Below, piece by piece: positions 17,035 through 25,858 of a DNA stretch of 32,000 nucleotides. Within the stretch, counting starts at the first letter, position 1; each line of letters opens with the position of its first letter. The stretch is from positions 7,020 through 39,019 of the forward strand of contig JAOTZM010000002.1 of assembly GCA_029861345.1 (NCBI GenBank), given 5' to 3'. Under the pieces are notes generated by a model that saw nothing but the letters and a program-made list of their open reading frames with translations, was not told where the DNA came from and did no database searches. The DNA is from Nitrosopumilus sp. GTDB lineage: Archaea > Thermoproteota > Nitrososphaeria > Nitrososphaerales > Nitrosopumilaceae. The translations under genes were made by a program, and so were the position numbers.

Positions 17035-19192
17035 GAAGCACCAAATCTCTTAACGAATTTAACCAAGTCTTTTGTGCTTTATCAACTCTTAGATCAATGA
17101 TCGTCTTCTTTCCATCGTTGAATTGAATCTTGTCTCCTCCAAAATGGCCAACAAGTTGGAATGAAACTTTATTCTTTTTGAGTAAAGTCTCAAGTTTTTT
17201 GAGATTTTTTTTATCTAATGTCATAAGATAACGTGAATGGGTCTCAGAAAATAGAATTCTATCAACATCAAGTTTCTCACAGGGGATTTTATCTAAAGAG
17301 ATGTTGCAACCGATTTGATTTGTCATGCAAAGCTCAGATACTGCTACTGCCAATCCGCCTTTTGAGCAATCATGTACAGATTTTAAAAGGAGGTTTTCAA
17401 TAGAGTCCAATACTGTTTTCATGTTTTTCTTTGATTCAGCAAAGTCTACTGAGGGACATCTTCCTCCAATGAACTTGTGAATGTATTCAAAGTATTCAGA
17501 ACCACCCATCTCATCTTTTGTATCTCCAAGAATTACAAGACAATCACTTTCAATGATCTTTTGTGGAACCAGTGGTTTTTTATCAATTAGCCCCAATACA
17601 CCAATCACAGGAGTTGGTTTTATTGATCCTGCAGGGGTTTCGTTATGTAGGCTAACTTTTCCACCAACACATGGAATCTCAAAGTATTTAGCAAAATCAG
17701 TCAATCCCTTTAGAGATTCCAAAAACGTCCAAAATATTTCAGGATCTTTTGGATTTCCAAATTGAAGATGATCAAGCATTCCAATAGGTTTTGCTCCAGT
17801 ACAAACAACATTTCTACATGCCTCCTCAAAGCAACCAATTGCACCTTCCCTTGGATTGACGTAACACTGCTTTGGATTTCCATCAATCTTTGCAGAAAGG
17901 AATTTTCCATTATCTAATCGCAAAACGGATGCATCAGCTCCAGGTTTTAGGACAGTCCTAATTCCGACCTCATGATCATACTGTCCATAAACCCAAATCT
18001 TGCTTGCTATGTTTGGAGAAGCAAGTAGAGTCATCATTGTTTTAGAGTAATTAGAAATAGGTTTGAGTTTCTTTTCTTTTTGAATTGTTTCCAAGTAAGC
18101 TGGTTTTTTTGATGGCAAGTCAAGAAGAGTTGCATTTGCAACTACATCTGTAGGAAGATTTGCAAATGTCTTTTTGCCTTTTTTCACATGCATTTGATTA
18201 TCGGATTTTACATGACCAATTACAGAGCATCCAATACGAAATTTTTTGCAGATTTCTTGCAGTTTTTTTAATTTTGTTTTGTTTGTGACAATTAGCATTC
18301 TTTCTTGTGATTCAGACACCATTATTTCATCAGGATGCATATTTGATTCACGAGTATGAACCTTGTCAACATCCATCTCTATTCCAATTTCTAATGCCTC
18401 AGCAGTCTCCGAAACGGCACATGACAATCCACCACCTCCTAGATCTTTCATGGCATGTATTAGTTTGTGATTTCTTGCCTCCAATATTGCCTCTATAATT
18501 AATTTCTCGATGAAAGGATCTGGGATTTGAACTGCAGAGCGGTCTTCAGATTCTAATGAATCTGAAGCAAATTGAGAGCCACCTATTCCATCTCTTCCTG
18601 TAGAGCCACCCAGCAATACAACCAAATCATCTTTCTGAGCGTGATTTTTAATAAGATTCTCTTTTCTGCCAAACCCTACTGCTGCAACATCAACTAGAGC
18701 ATAGTTTTGATAGCAATCATCAAACTCTACCTCTCCCCCAATTGTGGGAATTCCTAAACAATTTCCATAATCAGCAATTCCGGTAACGGCATTCTTGAAA
18801 AGCCATCGTGCTTGTTGATCCTTTTCTATATTTCCAAAACGCAATCCATCAAATATTGCAATAGGTCTTGTTCCTGCAGATAAAATATCTCTAATCACTC
18901 CACCGACTCCAGTTGCAGCTCCTCCATAGGGTTCAACAGCAGATGGATGATTATGACTTTCAATGTGTGCAGTTACAACATAACCATCACCAACATCCAA
19001 GACCCCAGAATCATATCCTTTCTCATTAATTACAAGAGGTCCCTTCATGGGTAACATTTTGAGATGTTTCTTTGAAGATTTGTAGGAGCAATGCTCAGAC
19101 CATTCAGCAGCTATAATATGCAATTCAGTTGAGGTGGGGTCTCTGCCAATTTTTGATTTTAGTTCAGATAGTTCTTGAGGTTCGAGACTCAA
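17027..19192 (-). CDS. purL: phosphoribosylformylglycinamidine synthase subunit II
   Basis: WSEHCSYKSSK and SHNHPSAVEPYGGAATGVGGVIRD motifs. 721 aa. The TTG start overlaps the purQ stop (TTGA). Confidence 0.95.
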   Translation of the reverse strand: MSLEPQELSELKSKIGRDPTSTELHIIAAEWSEHCSYKSSKKHLKMLPMKGPLVINEKGYDSGVLDVGDGYVVTAHIESHNHPSAVEPYGGAATGVGGVIRDILSAGTRPIAIFDGLRFGNIEKDQQARWLFKNAVTGIADYGNCLGIPTIGGEVEFDDCYQNYALVDVAAVGFGRKENLIKNHAQKDDLVVLLGGSTGRDGIGGSQFASDSLESEDRSAVQIPDPFIEKLIIEAILEARNHKLIHAMKDLGGGGLSCAVSETAEALEIGIEMDVDKVHTRESNMHPDEIMVSESQERMLIVTNKTKLKKLQEICKKFRIGCSVIGHVKSDNQMHVKKGKKTFANLPTDVVANATLLDLPSKKPAYLETIQKEKKLKPISNYSKTMMTLLASPNIASKIWVYGQYDHEVGIRTVLKPGADASVLRLDNGKFLSAKIDGNPKQCYVNPREGAIGCFEEACRNVVCTGAKPIGMLDHLQFGNPKDPEIFWTFLESLKGLTDFAKYFEIPCVGGKVSLHNETPAGSIKPTPVIGVLGLIDKKPLVPQKIIESDCLVILGDTKDEMGGSEYFEYIHKFIGGRCPSVDFAESKKNMKTVLDSIENLLLKSVHDCSKGGLAVAVSELCMTNQIGCNISLDKIPCEKLDVDRILFSETHSRYLMTLDKKNLKKLETLLKKNKVSFQLVGHFGGDKIQFNDGKKTIIDLRVDKAQKTWLNSLRDLVLHG

Positions 19193-19869
19193 TTGCTTGC
19201 CCCCATTTTTACCAATAGAGATTCAAAGATAAGAGAAGAGGGTTTATTATCAATTGGGTTTATTTCTGATTCCACTGCTCTTTCTGGATGTGGCATCATG
19301 CCAACAACATTTCCATCTTCGTTGCAGACTCCTGCAATTCTGTTTGAAGAGCCATTTACTACTTGACTATATCTAAATACAATCTGATTTTTTTTCTTTA
19401 ACTGTTTTAGTGTTTCATCATCTACATAATATCGCCCCTCCCCATTTGCAATTGGTATTGGGATTTTCTCATTGAGTTTAAACTGATTTGTAAATGGAGT
19501 TTTGTTGTTTTCAACAATCAGATTTGTCCACTCACACATAAAATTAAGAGATTCATTCTTTAGTAAAACCCCAGGAAGTAATCCAGATTCAACGAGAATT
19601 TGAAATCCATTACATACACCTAGAATTGGAATTCCCTTGTTTGCTATCTTTTGGATGTCTTTAATGATTGGACTGTGAGCAGCAATCACGCCTGCCCTAA
19701 GCCTATCACCATAAGAGAATCCACCAGGAAGGATTACAGCGTCAATATTTTTTGGAAGAGTTTTTTCATGCCAGTAGTATTGTGCATCAAGATTAAAGAC
19801 ATCAGTTAGAACATGATACATGTCACGATCACAATTACTTCCAGGAAAAACTACAATTCCTACTTTCAC
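19189..19869 (-). CDS. purQ: phosphoribosylformylglycinamidine synthase subunit I (glutaminase)
   Basis: Class I amidotransferase triad context GVCNGFQIL ... MMPHPER. 226 aa. Confidence 0.95.
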   Translation of the reverse strand: MKVGIVVFPGSNCDRDMYHVLTDVFNLDAQYYWHEKTLPKNIDAVILPGGFSYGDRLRAGVIAAHSPIIKDIQKIANKGIPILGVCNGFQILVESGLLPGVLLKNESLNFMCEWTNLIVENNKTPFTNQFKLNEKIPIPIANGEGRYYVDDETLKQLKKKNQIVFRYSQVVNGSSNRIAGVCNEDGNVVGMMPHPERAVESEINPIDNKPSSLIFESLLVKMGASN

Positions 19870-20012
19870 AATTGTTTTTACAGTTAGAGATATTTAATTT
19901 GAATCTAGTCAGAGAGAATTTTTGTGAGAAAGTTGCCACAAATGGTTTTTTTATACGATATCGTACTCCATTTTGTTCAAAATTAGTAATGGAAAAAAAC
20001 TAAACGATAGCG

Positions 20013-20018
20013 CTTATA
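20013..20018 (+). promoter_or_regulatory. TATA-like box (TTATAT) centred about 27 nt upstream of ATG 20042
   Basis: Read directly. This supports ATG 20042 as the real start of the CBS gene, rather than the 19973 start of the ORF track. Confidence 0.35.
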
Positions 20019-20041
20019 TGCAAAAAAATAGACTGATCATC

Positions 20042-20458
20042 ATGACTCAGGTCAGAGACATTATGCAAAAAAATGTTATCACAATAGAATATAACAAAAC
20101 AGCACATGATGCTGCAACAGTTCTAAAAGAAAAAGAGATCAGCTTTCTTGTGATAATAAAAGATGGAAAGCCATCAGGAGTGGTTTCAGAAAGAGACATT
20201 GTAAAAAAGATTGCAGCAGAAGATCTTATCGCATCATCAATACAACTTGAGGATATAATGTCAAAAAAATTTAGATGGGTAAAACAGGATACGCCGATTG
20301 AATTTGCAGTTCAAAAAATGTTAAACAATAACATCAGACGTTTGATAGTACTTGAAAATGAAGATTTAGTCGGAGTAGTGACTCAGACAGATTTGGCAGA
20401 GTTTTTGCGAAGTAAACTTTTGATAAATGGCACTATAGAAAATATCGAAACTGAATAA
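20042..20458 (+). CDS. CBS-pair (Bateman) domain protein
   Basis: Two CBS motifs (VRDIMQKNVITIEYNKTAHDAATVL...ISFLVIIKDGKPSGVVSERDIV; LEDIMSKKFRWVKQDTPIEFAVQKML..IRRLIVLENEDLVGVVTQTDL). The ORF is open from 19973, but I prefer M24 (20042) because of the TATA spacing. Confidence 0.75.
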   Translation: MTQVRDIMQKNVITIEYNKTAHDAATVLKEKEISFLVIIKDGKPSGVVSERDIVKKIAAEDLIASSIQLEDIMSKKFRWVKQDTPIEFAVQKMLNNNIRRLIVLENEDLVGVVTQTDLAEFLRSKLLINGTIENIETE

Positions 20459-20460
20459 CC

Positions 20461-20721
20461 CTATTCATCAAAAACATCTATTGTTACTTTACTTACCATA
20501 GGATTGTAAATCCGTAGATCGTCACAAATCAATTGTACTTTTGATTGAGCAGACTTTTTGTCTTTTTCCTTAATGGTAAATTTCAACATCTTTGCAGTTT
20601 TAATTTTAGATACTGTTTTCTGAGTTCCTTTTAGAACAAGATCATTTAGAATTGTATCGCCTTCAGGATCACTGATACCAGACTTATTTTCAATGGTCAC
20701 ATGAACGTTAAAAATTGGCAT
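20461..20721 (-). CDS. purS: phosphoribosylformylglycinamidine synthase subunit PurS
   Basis: 86 aa. VHVTIENKSGISDPEGDTILNDL matches the PurS pattern (..k.gv.DPqG..i...l). Confidence 0.9.
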   Translation of the reverse strand: MPIFNVHVTIENKSGISDPEGDTILNDLVLKGTQKTVSKIKTAKMLKFTIKEKDKKSAQSKVQLICDDLRIYNPMVSKVTIDVFDE

Positions 20722-20858
20722 TAACAGTTTGCAAAATAAAATCGAGGTTAATCTATCTTCCGAAATAATTTTGCGCTTTTATACTTATTTTGAGAAACAT
20801 ATCAGGTATCCGGTTCTGAGGACTGTTGTTGTTATAGATATCATTTGCCCGGAATCGG

Positions 20859-21248
20859 TTACTTTGAATTTAGATTTTCCTTAACATATTCTATGTGCTT
20901 TCTGTAAAGACCTGACTGATATTGAGGATTCTTTACAATCAATAATTTAGTTTTCAAATCTTCTTTTGATTGATACATGTCTTTTTCAAAAATTTCTTTA
21001 TCATCAAGGGTAATGCAGATATCCTGCCATGCAGATACTTCTTTAGGATTTCTGTTTGCAGTAGCATAATATACATACAATAATCGTAATTTGTTGTATT
21101 CATCCAAGCTCATTTGTTTTCCAAGAATGTAGTTTCTCTTCAAAGTCTGAAAATATATCAGACCAGAAGTACTAAGGACATAATCAAAAAGTTTTGGGTA
21201 ATCGTTGATTTCAATGGGGTACAAAGGATTTTTCTTATTAGGCTGCAT
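20859..21248 (-). CDS. hypothetical protein (129 aa)
   Basis: ORF track. No motif recognised. It lies downstream of, and on the same strand as, the small RHH-like gene. Confidence 0.45.
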   Translation of the reverse strand: MQPNKKNPLYPIEINDYPKLFDYVLSTSGLIYFQTLKRNYILGKQMSLDEYNKLRLLYVYYATANRNPKEVSAWQDICITLDDKEIFEKDMYQSKEDLKTKLLIVKNPQYQSGLYRKHIEYVKENLNSK

Positions 21249-21293
21249 TTAATTAGAAATAGAGTCAATCCATGAATAATTTTTGTTTTTGCA

Positions 21294-21446
21294 CTATTTG
21301 AATTTCTTCAGACCCTCAATGACAACCAAATTTACCACATGTGAAAAGCTGATTGATTTTGGAGAGGTTTTAATCATCTTTGCTTGAATGTTTCTAAGTG
21401 CCATAACATTTGCAGAATCCATTACAACAGTTATTCTATTTCCCAT
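21294..21446 (-). CDS. small ribbon-helix-helix (CopG-like) protein, about 50 aa
   Basis: From M38 of the 87-aa ORF the sequence is MGNRITVVMDSANVMALRNIQAKMIKTSPKSISFSHVVNLVVIEGLKKFK. This has an RHH layout (beta strand RITVVMD, then two helices) and aligns with the 25859-25999 product. The longer form (to 21557) would overlap the divergent gene at 21545. Confidence 0.45.
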   Translation of the reverse strand: MGNRITVVMDSANVMALRNIQAKMIKTSPKSISFSHVVNLVVIEGLKKFK

Positions 21447-21544
21447 AAAGTAATTACAGCAATTAGATATAAAAGTAAGATTACCACACCATACGGTCAT
21501 ACTGATATTGGAATTTATACCAGAATGTTTTACATTATTGCATA

Positions 21545-22009
21545 ATGGCAAGATCAAGGTATTGGAAGATCACATCAGATGAGATGGATGGTTTTACCTA
21601 TGATGAGGACAAATTGCTAAATTGGGAAATTAAATGTGTACGAGAACCAGAAAACGAGGCTCACTTTATTGGAGTTTTTATGTACCGAAAGGGTACAGCA
21701 TATGACTATGAATCAGTAAAGGGAATCTGTTACTTTCATAACAACATAGATAGAAAAGAACTCCCATTAATCACAAGCTTCCTTCAAGGAAAATTCAATG
21801 GAAAAGAGATGGAAAAAGGAGATAGAATATTCCTTAAAGGTTCAAAAGAAATCTACTCCAGTAAAGACATTGGAAACTTGGCAAAAGAGATGGAGACTAA
21901 ATTCAATACAAAGGCCATAATCTCCTTAGAGTTTGAGGATTTAACTACAGAACAACTCAAAGAAGCAGGAATGCCAGAGGCTAAGCTGTTGCCAATTCCC
22001 GGCAAATAG
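21545..22009 (+). CDS. hypothetical protein (154 aa)
   Basis: ORF track. Non-repetitive composition. No motif recognised. Confidence 0.5.
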   Translation: MARSRYWKITSDEMDGFTYDEDKLLNWEIKCVREPENEAHFIGVFMYRKGTAYDYESVKGICYFHNNIDRKELPLITSFLQGKFNGKEMEKGDRIFLKGSKEIYSSKDIGNLAKEMETKFNTKAIISLEFEDLTTEQLKEAGMPEAKLLPIPGK

Positions 22010-22036
22010 ATATAGCTTAGAACACAAAGATATCAG

Positions 22037-22828
22037 ATGTCTGAGCTGGAAGGATTCAGTAAGCATTTTGAAGAACTAAGGAAAAGATTGCTTAGAATTG
22101 TTCTAGTTATTGGAATCATTACTGTGTTTATTCTAACTTTTCATGCAGAACCAATTCAAGTAGGCCAAATCACTTTGTATTATCCAACACCAGAACCGTT
22201 AAACAACATTGCAGCACAAATTACTAATCACATGAAAATCAATCTTGTTCCAGAAGATGTTCAGTTAATTCAGACAGCACCAGGGCAAGCTTTCTTTGCC
22301 CAAGTATACATTGCAGCTCTTGTAGGAATTGTGGTTGGAATGCCAGTCATCATCAAAGAATTAGTGGGGTTTATCAAACCAGCTCTAAAAGAAAATGAAG
22401 TCAATGTAAGTAGAAGTATTTCATTTCCAGCACTAGGATTGTTTATTGCTGGATGCGTATTTTCCTACAATTTGGTAATTCCATATATTTTAGAATTTTT
22501 GTACAGATATGGCGAATCAGCAGGACTGGTAACTTTTCTTAATGTGATAGAGTTTGTGACTTTTGTATTACAATTTTTGTTGGCATTTGGATTTTCATTT
22601 CAGCTCCCACTTGTAATGTATGCAATATCTGTTTCAGGAATGGTAGATTCAGATTTTTGGAGAAAGAATATCAGATATGCAATAGTGATAATTGTTATTT
22701 TTGGTGCAGTGATTACTCCAGACGGGAGTGGGGTAACAATGTGGTTTATTGCCGGCCCAATGATTGCACTATACACAGCAGGCATGATAATAATTGAGCG
22801 CAAGGAGCGCCAAAAGTTGAACACTTAA
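22037..22828 (+). CDS. tatC: twin-arginine translocase subunit TatC
   Basis: N-terminal HFEELRKRLLRIV motif and a six-TM-like hydrophobic profile. Adjacent to tatA. Confidence 0.9.
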   Translation: MSELEGFSKHFEELRKRLLRIVLVIGIITVFILTFHAEPIQVGQITLYYPTPEPLNNIAAQITNHMKINLVPEDVQLIQTAPGQAFFAQVYIAALVGIVVGMPVIIKELVGFIKPALKENEVNVSRSISFPALGLFIAGCVFSYNLVIPYILEFLYRYGESAGLVTFLNVIEFVTFVLQFLLAFGFSFQLPLVMYAISVSGMVDSDFWRKNIRYAIVIIVIFGAVITPDGSGVTMWFIAGPMIALYTAGMIIIERKERQKLNT

Positions 22829-22855
22829 ATCTAAATTTGATCAATTAAATTCATA

Positions 22856-23062
22856 ATGTTGGGACTAGGTTTGGCCAATTTCATTGCAGGGCAGGAATGG
22901 ATTTTCATCATAATTATTGCAGTAGTTTTCATTTTTGGTGCAAAAAAGATTCCAGAACTTGCAAAAACCTTCGGCAAAGCCAAAGGAGAATTTGAAAAGG
23001 GAAAGATCGAGGGAGAAAAAGAACTCAAAGATTTTAAAGACAAAAAAGCCAAATCAGACTAG
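22856..23062 (+). CDS. tatA: twin-arginine translocase subunit TatA/E
   Basis: Single N-terminal TM followed by an amphipathic helix (IIIAVVFIFGAKKIPELAKTFGKAKGEFEKG). 68 aa. Confidence 0.85.
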   Translation: MLGLGLANFIAGQEWIFIIIIAVVFIFGAKKIPELAKTFGKAKGEFEKGKIEGEKELKDFKDKKAKSD

Positions 23063-23487
23063 TTTTCAGCAATTTTTATAAAATCATTTAAAATTTTAGT
23101 GTAATCTTCTTCAAACTTGTTTTTTCCAAACAGACTAGACATCTTCATCTTACCTTTTAGTTTCAAATCTACATCAACTATAATCTTTGTTCCTTTTGAG
23201 AGTTCTACAAATTCTTGCCGTATATGACTTCCCTTGGCATCACCACCAATAACAAAAACCTCATGAAGTATAGGAGATTCAGTTACATGTTTTGCCATGA
23301 TTAGTAGCTCTAATGATCCTAGATTCATGTGTTCCTCTACCACTGAGACATTACCACGTACAGAACGGACTCGGACTGATGGAAAATATTGAGGAAGTAA
23401 TTTCTGATAGTTTTCATAATCAGATAGAATCATGTGGACGGTTTCTCTTTGTGCGTTAACTGTTTTTTCTAAAGAAAACTTTGGCAA
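23059..23487 (-). CDS. SRPBCC (START/polyketide cyclase-dehydrase-like) family protein
   Basis: The N-terminal pattern FSLEKTVNAQRETVHMILSDYENYQKLLPQYFPSV is typical of SRPBCC ligand-binding proteins. It lies 7 nt downstream of ubiX on the same strand. Confidence 0.55.
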   Translation of the reverse strand: MPKFSLEKTVNAQRETVHMILSDYENYQKLLPQYFPSVRVRSVRGNVSVVEEHMNLGSLELLIMAKHVTESPILHEVFVIGGDAKGSHIRQEFVELSKGTKIIVDVDLKLKGKMKMSSLFGKNKFEEDYTKILNDFIKIAEN

Positions 23488-23494
23488 TACTAGT

Positions 23495-24052
23495 TTAGAA
23501 AGTACCCCATCGTGGGTATAAATTATGCTCTATGTCAAACTGGTCCAAGCACTTTCCAACACCATGATTAACAATGTCATCGATTGATTTGGGTTTCGTA
23601 TAAAATTCTGTGACAGGAGGTAAAATTACAATTCCTAATCTTGATAACTTTAACATATTTTCAAGATGTATTGCAGAAAGAGGAGTTTCTCTTACCATCA
23701 AAATTAGTTTTCTTGATTCCTTTATCGTGACACCTGCAGCTCTAGCAATTAATGTATCATCGTATCCATTTGCAATTGCAGACAGCGTCTTCATGCTACA
23801 TGGTGCAATAATCATTCCATCTATTATATGAGTTCCACTTGAAACACTGGATGCCATGTTTTTTTCATCTGAAGTATTAGTTGCAAGTGATTTTACATTG
23901 TCAGTAGTATAATCAGTCTCCATTGAAATGCATTTTTCAGCCCATTCAGACATTATCAAGTGAGTTTCAATTTTTAGTTTCTTGAGTGTCTCAAGCATTC
24001 TAATTCCATAAATTACTCCAGTACTACCGGTAATACCAATAACTAGTTTCAA
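23495..24052 (-). CDS. ubiX: flavin prenyltransferase UbiX
   Basis: KLVIGITGSTGVIYGIRMLETL and VRETPLSAIHLENMLKLSRLGIVILPP motifs. 185 aa. Confidence 0.9.
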   Translation of the reverse strand: MKLVIGITGSTGVIYGIRMLETLKKLKIETHLIMSEWAEKCISMETDYTTDNVKSLATNTSDEKNMASSVSSGTHIIDGMIIAPCSMKTLSAIANGYDDTLIARAAGVTIKESRKLILMVRETPLSAIHLENMLKLSRLGIVILPPVTEFYTKPKSIDDIVNHGVGKCLDQFDIEHNLYPRWGTF

Positions 24053-24108
24053 TAAGGAATCTTGGAAACTAGAGTATTTTATGTATTAGATAGATAATTT
24101 TTTTAGCA

Positions 24109-24231
24109 CTAGAGGTTTTGAGATTCATCATTTTTTGTAGTTGCCTCCAAGTCTTTTCTGTCTTTCCTTCGTTTAAGCCATAAAGAGATTCCTCCTACTG
24201 CCATTGCAGTTAGTAAAATAACTCCTGCCAT
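24109..24231 (-). CDS. possible 40-aa single-TM micro-protein (below the ORF-track size cutoff)
   Basis: Manual translation gives MAGVILLTAMAVGGISLWLKRRKDRKDLEATTKNDESQNL: a hydrophobic helix, then a basic stop-transfer cluster. It is GC-richer than the surrounding spacer. Confidence 0.25.
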   Translation of the reverse strand: MAGVILLTAMAVGGISLWLKRRKDRKDLEATTKNDESQNL

Positions 24232-24323
24232 CTGCAGTTCAAAATGATATAGCACATCTTAGTTGAGAAGACAATTAAGAAAAATCTTGTGATTCTCCCC
24301 GATCTGAAAAATTGAAAACTAGC

Positions 24324-24330
24324 TATATTA
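24324..24330 (+). promoter_or_regulatory. TATA-like box (TATATTA) centred about 27 nt upstream of GTG 24353
   Basis: Read directly. This supports the GTG start of purP. Confidence 0.35.
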
Positions 24331-24352
24331 GATCCCAATATTTAGGCATAAT

Positions 24353-25444
24353 GTGATTAATAATTCTGAGATAAAGAAGATTGTAAATGACTATTCAGAT
24401 GTCAGAATTGGAGTTATGGGCAGTCACTCTGCACTTGAAATAATGGATGGTGCAAAGGATGAAGATTATCAAACAATTGTTTTTTGTCAAAAAGGAAGAG
24501 AAGGACCATATCAAAGATTTCGAAGAATTGCAGACGAGATTGTAGTATTAAACAAATTCAAAGAAATGTCCTCAGCTAAAATTCAAAAAAAATTACTAGA
24601 GTCAAATACAATCATAGTACCACATAGATCGCTTACTGTCTATCTTGGATACAAAACAATAGAGAACACATTCAAAGTGCCAATTTTTGGAAATAGGAAA
24701 TTATTTCAAGCCGAAGAGAGAACAGCAAAGAAAGGGCAATACTATCTCTTAGAGAAAGCTAGGATAAAGTATCCCAAATTATTCAAAGATCCAAAAAGAA
24801 TCAACAAACCTTGCATTGTAAAGGTTCAAGAAAAAAACAGGCCACTAGAAAGAGCATTCTTTACGGTTTCATCTTACAAGGATTATAAGGAAAAATCAGA
24901 GATAAAGATCAAACAAGGAATTATTGCAAGAAAGGATCTTGAAAAAGCGAGTATTGAAGAATTAGCAATAGGAACATACATGAACTTTAATTTCTTTCAT
25001 ACACCAATTTCTGACCAAGTTGACTTTATTGGAATTGAAAGAAGATTACAAACGAACATTCATGATTACAACGCACTACCTGCAAAACAACAATTAGACA
25101 TTGACATAGATTTGCAAAATATTGAGGTAGGTCATACCCCTGCAAGTATTAGAGAATCACTGCTTGAAAAAGTAGTTAAAATGGGAGACAAGTTTGTAAA
25201 AGCTGTCAAAAAAGAATATGCCCCAGGAATTATTGGTCCGTTCTCACTTCAGAGTGTAATTACAAAAGATTTGGAATTAATAGTATATGACGTATCATTA
25301 AGGGTTCCTGGAAATCCAATAGTTGCAACAACTAGTCCATACACAAAGTATCAGTACGGTAAAACCTTTGGAGTGGGTAGAAGAATTGCAATGGAGATTA
25401 AACGAGCCCAAGAAGAAGATCGTCTTGATGAGATTGTAACATAA
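24353..25444 (+). CDS. purP: 5-formaminoimidazole-4-carboxamide ribonucleotide (FAICAR) synthetase, archaeal ATP-grasp type
   Basis: IGVMGSHSALEIMDGAKDEDYQTIVFCQKGRE...YQRF resembles the archaeal PurP N-terminus (LGSHSsL.I..GAK.EGF.t......gR...Y.rF). 363 aa. GTG start. Confidence 0.85.
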   Translation: MINNSEIKKIVNDYSDVRIGVMGSHSALEIMDGAKDEDYQTIVFCQKGREGPYQRFRRIADEIVVLNKFKEMSSAKIQKKLLESNTIIVPHRSLTVYLGYKTIENTFKVPIFGNRKLFQAEERTAKKGQYYLLEKARIKYPKLFKDPKRINKPCIVKVQEKNRPLERAFFTVSSYKDYKEKSEIKIKQGIIARKDLEKASIEELAIGTYMNFNFFHTPISDQVDFIGIERRLQTNIHDYNALPAKQQLDIDIDLQNIEVGHTPASIRESLLEKVVKMGDKFVKAVKKEYAPGIIGPFSLQSVITKDLELIVYDVSLRVPGNPIVATTSPYTKYQYGKTFGVGRRIAMEIKRAQEEDRLDEIVT

Positions 25445-25554
25445 TTATTTTTTCATAGATAATAATTTCAGAGTTTTTGTCTATTCTATTGCAATATGTA
25501 AAAAAACTAGAAGGAATTATTAAAAAACGTGGTAGTAAATTAAACAAAATTAAA

Positions 25555-25660
25555 GGCGCAAACCCCTAACTGCAGAACTTTGAGAGATTTCCTCTCTTTC
25601 TCAGATGGTTAAACCTCTGATTGCCTTTTTCGTTCTGCGGGGCTACGCAGTCTAATCGCC
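25555..25660. ncRNA. GC-enriched, highly self-complementary element of about 106 nt (candidate structured small RNA, class and strand unknown)
   Basis: Closing GGCG/CGCC (25555-58 / 25657-60). A 9-bp helix CTGCAGAAC/GTTCTGCGG (25570-78 / 25632-40). Inner hairpins GAGAG-ATTTC-CTCTC (25582-96) and TCAGA..GGT-TAA-ACC-TCTGA (25601-20), plus an alternative hairpin CTGCG-GGGCTA-CGCAG (25635-50). Its GC content is clearly above the flanks, and no ORF covers it. Confidence 0.35.
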
Positions 25661-25858
25661 AGATTTTACAACTAACGACATCAATTAATCTAATACATAT
25701 TAGTATTTAACATTTATTATGAATTTTTTCAAATAAAATATCACAATTTTGAAATTTTTGTGTATATAAAGAATAACTTCAAGACCAACTGACAAAAAAA
25801 TTAGCACTATAAGAAAAGTGATTCATTTGTTAAATACAGAATTTATCAAAATCACATT

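Noticed and set aside
25555-25660. Calling the GC-rich element a tRNA (possibly intron-containing), 5S rRNA or C/D or H/ACA sRNA.
   Set aside because: The acceptor pairing is only 4 bp, with no 7-nt anticodon loop or T-loop on either strand. There are no 5S loop motifs, no RUGAUGA/CUGA boxes and no single-hairpin-plus-ACA geometry. I kept it only as an unclassified structured-RNA candidate.
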